From NCBI GenBank assembly GCA_050951405.1, contig JBMNIZ010000015.1, positions 163,536-227,535 on the forward strand: a stretch of 64,000 nucleotides of DNA. The letters run 5' to 3'. The position numbers and the translations under genes are program-made. Below the pieces are notes generated by a model. That model was given only the letters and a program-made list of their open reading frames with translations. It was not told the origin of the DNA and did no database searches. Source of the DNA: Bacillota bacterium. GTDB taxonomy: Bacteria; Bacillota; DULZ01. Below are positions 62,072 through 64,000 of this stretch, piece after piece; the first letter of the stretch is position 1; every line of letters begins with the position of its first letter.

Positions 62072-62831
62072 AATCCGGGTTCTCCCTCAGATCTGCTTTG
62101 TGCTTTTCTTAGTCTTCTTTTTTGGCGTCTGGGAGCTGTTAGCCAAGATGGGCTTGATCAACACATTTTTGTTCAGCACTCCTTCGGCCATCTGGGCGGA
62201 TATTGTGGAGCTTTTTCTGACTGGTGAGATTTGGATTCATACCTTTGCAACTCTTTACGCGGCATTTCTTGGCGTTTTAAGCGGCACAGTCTTAGGGGTT
62301 TTGGTGGCTTTCATTTTTGGCAACGTGAAATTGCTGGCCGATATCTTTGATCCGCTTTTCGTGGGAATAAACGGCTTGCCGAAGCTGGCCCTCGGGCCCC
62401 TTTTTATCGTGTGGTTTGGCATTGGGATGATGGCCAAGATTTTTATGGCCACCATCATGGTCTTTTTTCTGGTTTTCTTTAATGCTTATGCGGGATTTCG
62501 CAGCGTAGACGTAAACCTGGTTAACACTTTAAAGTTGATGGGCGCCAGCCGGATCCAGATTATTACCAAACTGATGCTGCCTTCCTGTGTGCCTTGGATC
62601 ATGGCCAGTTTACGAGCGGGAGTTGGTGCAGCGGTTTTAGGAGCAATTGTGGGTGAATATTTAGGAGCGGTCAAAGGCTTGGGTTGGATGGTAATGACTG
62701 CCGGCGGGGTCTATAACATTACCCGGGTGCTTTCCTGTATTTTTATTTTGATGGTGATGATGGCGTTGCTGGATTTTATCGTTAAACGAATTGAAAGAGC
62801 CGTTCTCAAATGGCGGCCTTCAATCGATTAA
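62052..62831 (+). CDS. ABC transporter permease (SsuC/TauC-like)
   Basis: BPD-transport permease with 6 TM helices. Its start overlaps the ATPase gene 3' end. Confidence 0.8.
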   Translation: MIKKLSKIRVLPQICFVLFLVFFFGVWELLAKMGLINTFLFSTPSAIWADIVELFLTGEIWIHTFATLYAAFLGVLSGTVLGVLVAFIFGNVKLLADIFDPLFVGINGLPKLALGPLFIVWFGIGMMAKIFMATIMVFFLVFFNAYAGFRSVDVNLVNTLKLMGASRIQIITKLMLPSCVPWIMASLRAGVGAAVLGAIVGEYLGAVKGLGWMVMTAGGVYNITRVLSCIFILMVMMALLDFIVKRIERAVLKWRPSID

Positions 62832-62860
62832 ATAAGCAGCATTAAAAGGAGGTAATAAGC

Positions 62861-63913
62861 TTGAGAAAAATTCTCGTTTTATTCATGGCGGCAATTCTCA
62901 TCTTTTCGCTAGCCGGGTGCAGCGGTACGGATTCCACCTCAAATGAAACCCCTTCCACGGAAAATGAAACTGTTTCTGACCACAAGGAAAAGGAACTGAA
63001 AAAAATCACTGTCAGTGAACCGGTAAGAAGCGAACTTTGGGGGCCTGCCTATTTGGCCAAAGCCCTGGGCTATTTTGAAGAAGAGGGACTTGATGTTGAG
63101 TTTGTCACAGTGCAAGGGGACATGCCCACCGCCCCGGTTTTATCCGGCGATGCCCAATTTGGCCTCTACGGGCCGGAAATGATCCTCAGCTTTAATGAAA
63201 AAGGGCAGGGTACGAAATTAATTGCCACGGTCAGTGACCGTTACCCCTATTCCTTTGTCACCGCCAAGGATATTACCGAGATAAAACAGCTTAAAGGCCG
63301 TGTTGTCTGTGCCGGTGACAGCGGTTCGTCACCCCGGGCTTTTGTACGAGGTATTGTAGCATCAGCAGGACTCGATCCGGATAAGGACGTTACTTATGTG
63401 AATATACCGGGAGCGGCAAGTATTGCGGCCTTGGAAAAAAACGAAATACAGGGTACTTATGTGACGCCCACTGCCCGGGCCATAGCATTGGAAGCCGGTT
63501 TCAACCTTTTGATTGACATCTATGATCCGGCTGTCCACAGCGAACTCATCGGCTCAGACAGCTACGAAATGTACATTATTTTCAGCACAGATAAATACAT
63601 CAAGGAAAATCCCGAGACGGTACAGGCCTTTGTCAACGCGGTATACAAGGCCATCCTCTGGGCCGACAGCCATAGTGCGGAAGAGGCGGTGGAAGCACTC
63701 ACACCCCTTTTCGCCAATTCCCAAACACTTCCCACGGCAGTTGCGGAAATTAAAGAAAACGACCTTTGGTCTTCTGACGGCCTGTTTTCCGACAGTGGAT
63801 ACGAGGCCATCAACCGCGTAGCTTTAAGTTCGGGCTTAATTAAAGAACCTGTAAAAAGAGAAGCGGCTATTGACGATTCATTCATGAAGAAAGCCCATGA
63901 AAATATAAATTAA
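62861..63913 (+). CDS. ABC substrate-binding lipoprotein (NMT1/SsuA/TauA-like)
   Basis: TTG start with an AAAGGAGG RBS and a lipobox (LAGCSG). Confidence 0.8.
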   Translation: MRKILVLFMAAILIFSLAGCSGTDSTSNETPSTENETVSDHKEKELKKITVSEPVRSELWGPAYLAKALGYFEEEGLDVEFVTVQGDMPTAPVLSGDAQFGLYGPEMILSFNEKGQGTKLIATVSDRYPYSFVTAKDITEIKQLKGRVVCAGDSGSSPRAFVRGIVASAGLDPDKDVTYVNIPGAASIAALEKNEIQGTYVTPTARAIALEAGFNLLIDIYDPAVHSELIGSDSYEMYIIFSTDKYIKENPETVQAFVNAVYKAILWADSHSAEEAVEALTPLFANSQTLPTAVAEIKENDLWSSDGLFSDSGYEAINRVALSSGLIKEPVKREAAIDDSFMKKAHENIN

Positions 63914-63920
63914 TGTTTTG

Positions 63921-63947
63921 CCCCCCAAAAGGGGGTTTTCTTTTTAA
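63921..63947 (+). terminator. Intrinsic terminator (CCCCC-AAAA-GGGGG + TTTTCTTTTT)
   Basis: Read directly from the sequence after the SBP gene. Confidence 0.55.
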
Positions 63948-64000
63948 TCCTCCCCACTCTTTTTCTTGGCATAGGCCCTTGCCAAAAAACCCTCCTCATC

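Noticed and set aside
1-64000. CRISPR arrays, tRNA and rRNA genes.
   Set aside because: No regularly spaced short repeats or cloverleaf or rRNA signatures were found. The only structured RNAs recognised are tmRNA and the c-di-AMP riboswitch.

Overview
This 64-kb window is a chromosomal segment from an anaerobic, probably thermophilic Firmicute (Clostridia-like). GC content is about 50 %, with visibly GC-richer patches. Reading left to right:

- A complete selenoprotein glycine-reductase operon on the minus strand (grdX-trxB-trxA-grdE-grdA-grdB). grdA and grdB each carry an in-frame TGA (Sec), and both thioredoxin-system proteins are atypical.
- A BMP-family nucleoside ABC importer. Its promoter region carries an IS6-like insertion (about 1.34 kb, 43-bp imperfect IRs, identical 10-bp flanking direct repeats).
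- An SsnA-like amidohydrolase, a canonical thioredoxin, a NodB deacetylase, diaminopimelate dehydrogenase, a Cys-rich MerR regulator, an unannotated zinc-ribbon micro-ORF, a triple-BsuPI secreted protein and an Mrr-like nuclease.
- A 5.3-kb GC-rich block in which four consecutive genes (DUF1015, iorB, iorA, M20 peptidase) are each broken by several frameshifts.
- A di-myo-inositol-phosphate (thermoprotective solute) cluster: ino1, a bifunctional ipct/dipps and a PHP-family phosphatase.
- A MacB/HlyD efflux system.
- A c-di-AMP (ydaO-type) riboswitch in front of an opuA-like glycine-betaine importer.
- A MetF-MetV fusion.
- A frameshifted molybdopterin oxidoreductase.
- A frameshifted sigma-54 activator with upstream palindromic enhancer-like sites and a textbook -24/-12 promoter driving pntAA-pntAB-pntB.
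- In pntB, a perfect in-frame 540-bp tandem repeat (about 2.8 copies) encodes three NADP(H)-binding dIII domains. This is the most unusual feature in the window.
- mtnP, a eukaryotic-type icd, and a five-fold frameshifted MCP.
- smpB-ssrA (tmRNA).
- Directly downstream of ssrA, an AT-rich locus encoding a corrinoid protein, a cytoplasmic molybdopterin oxidoreductase, an MtaA-like Zn methyltransferase and a sulfonate-type ABC importer. This is the second main candidate for an undescribed system.

No CRISPR arrays and no tRNA or rRNA genes were seen.
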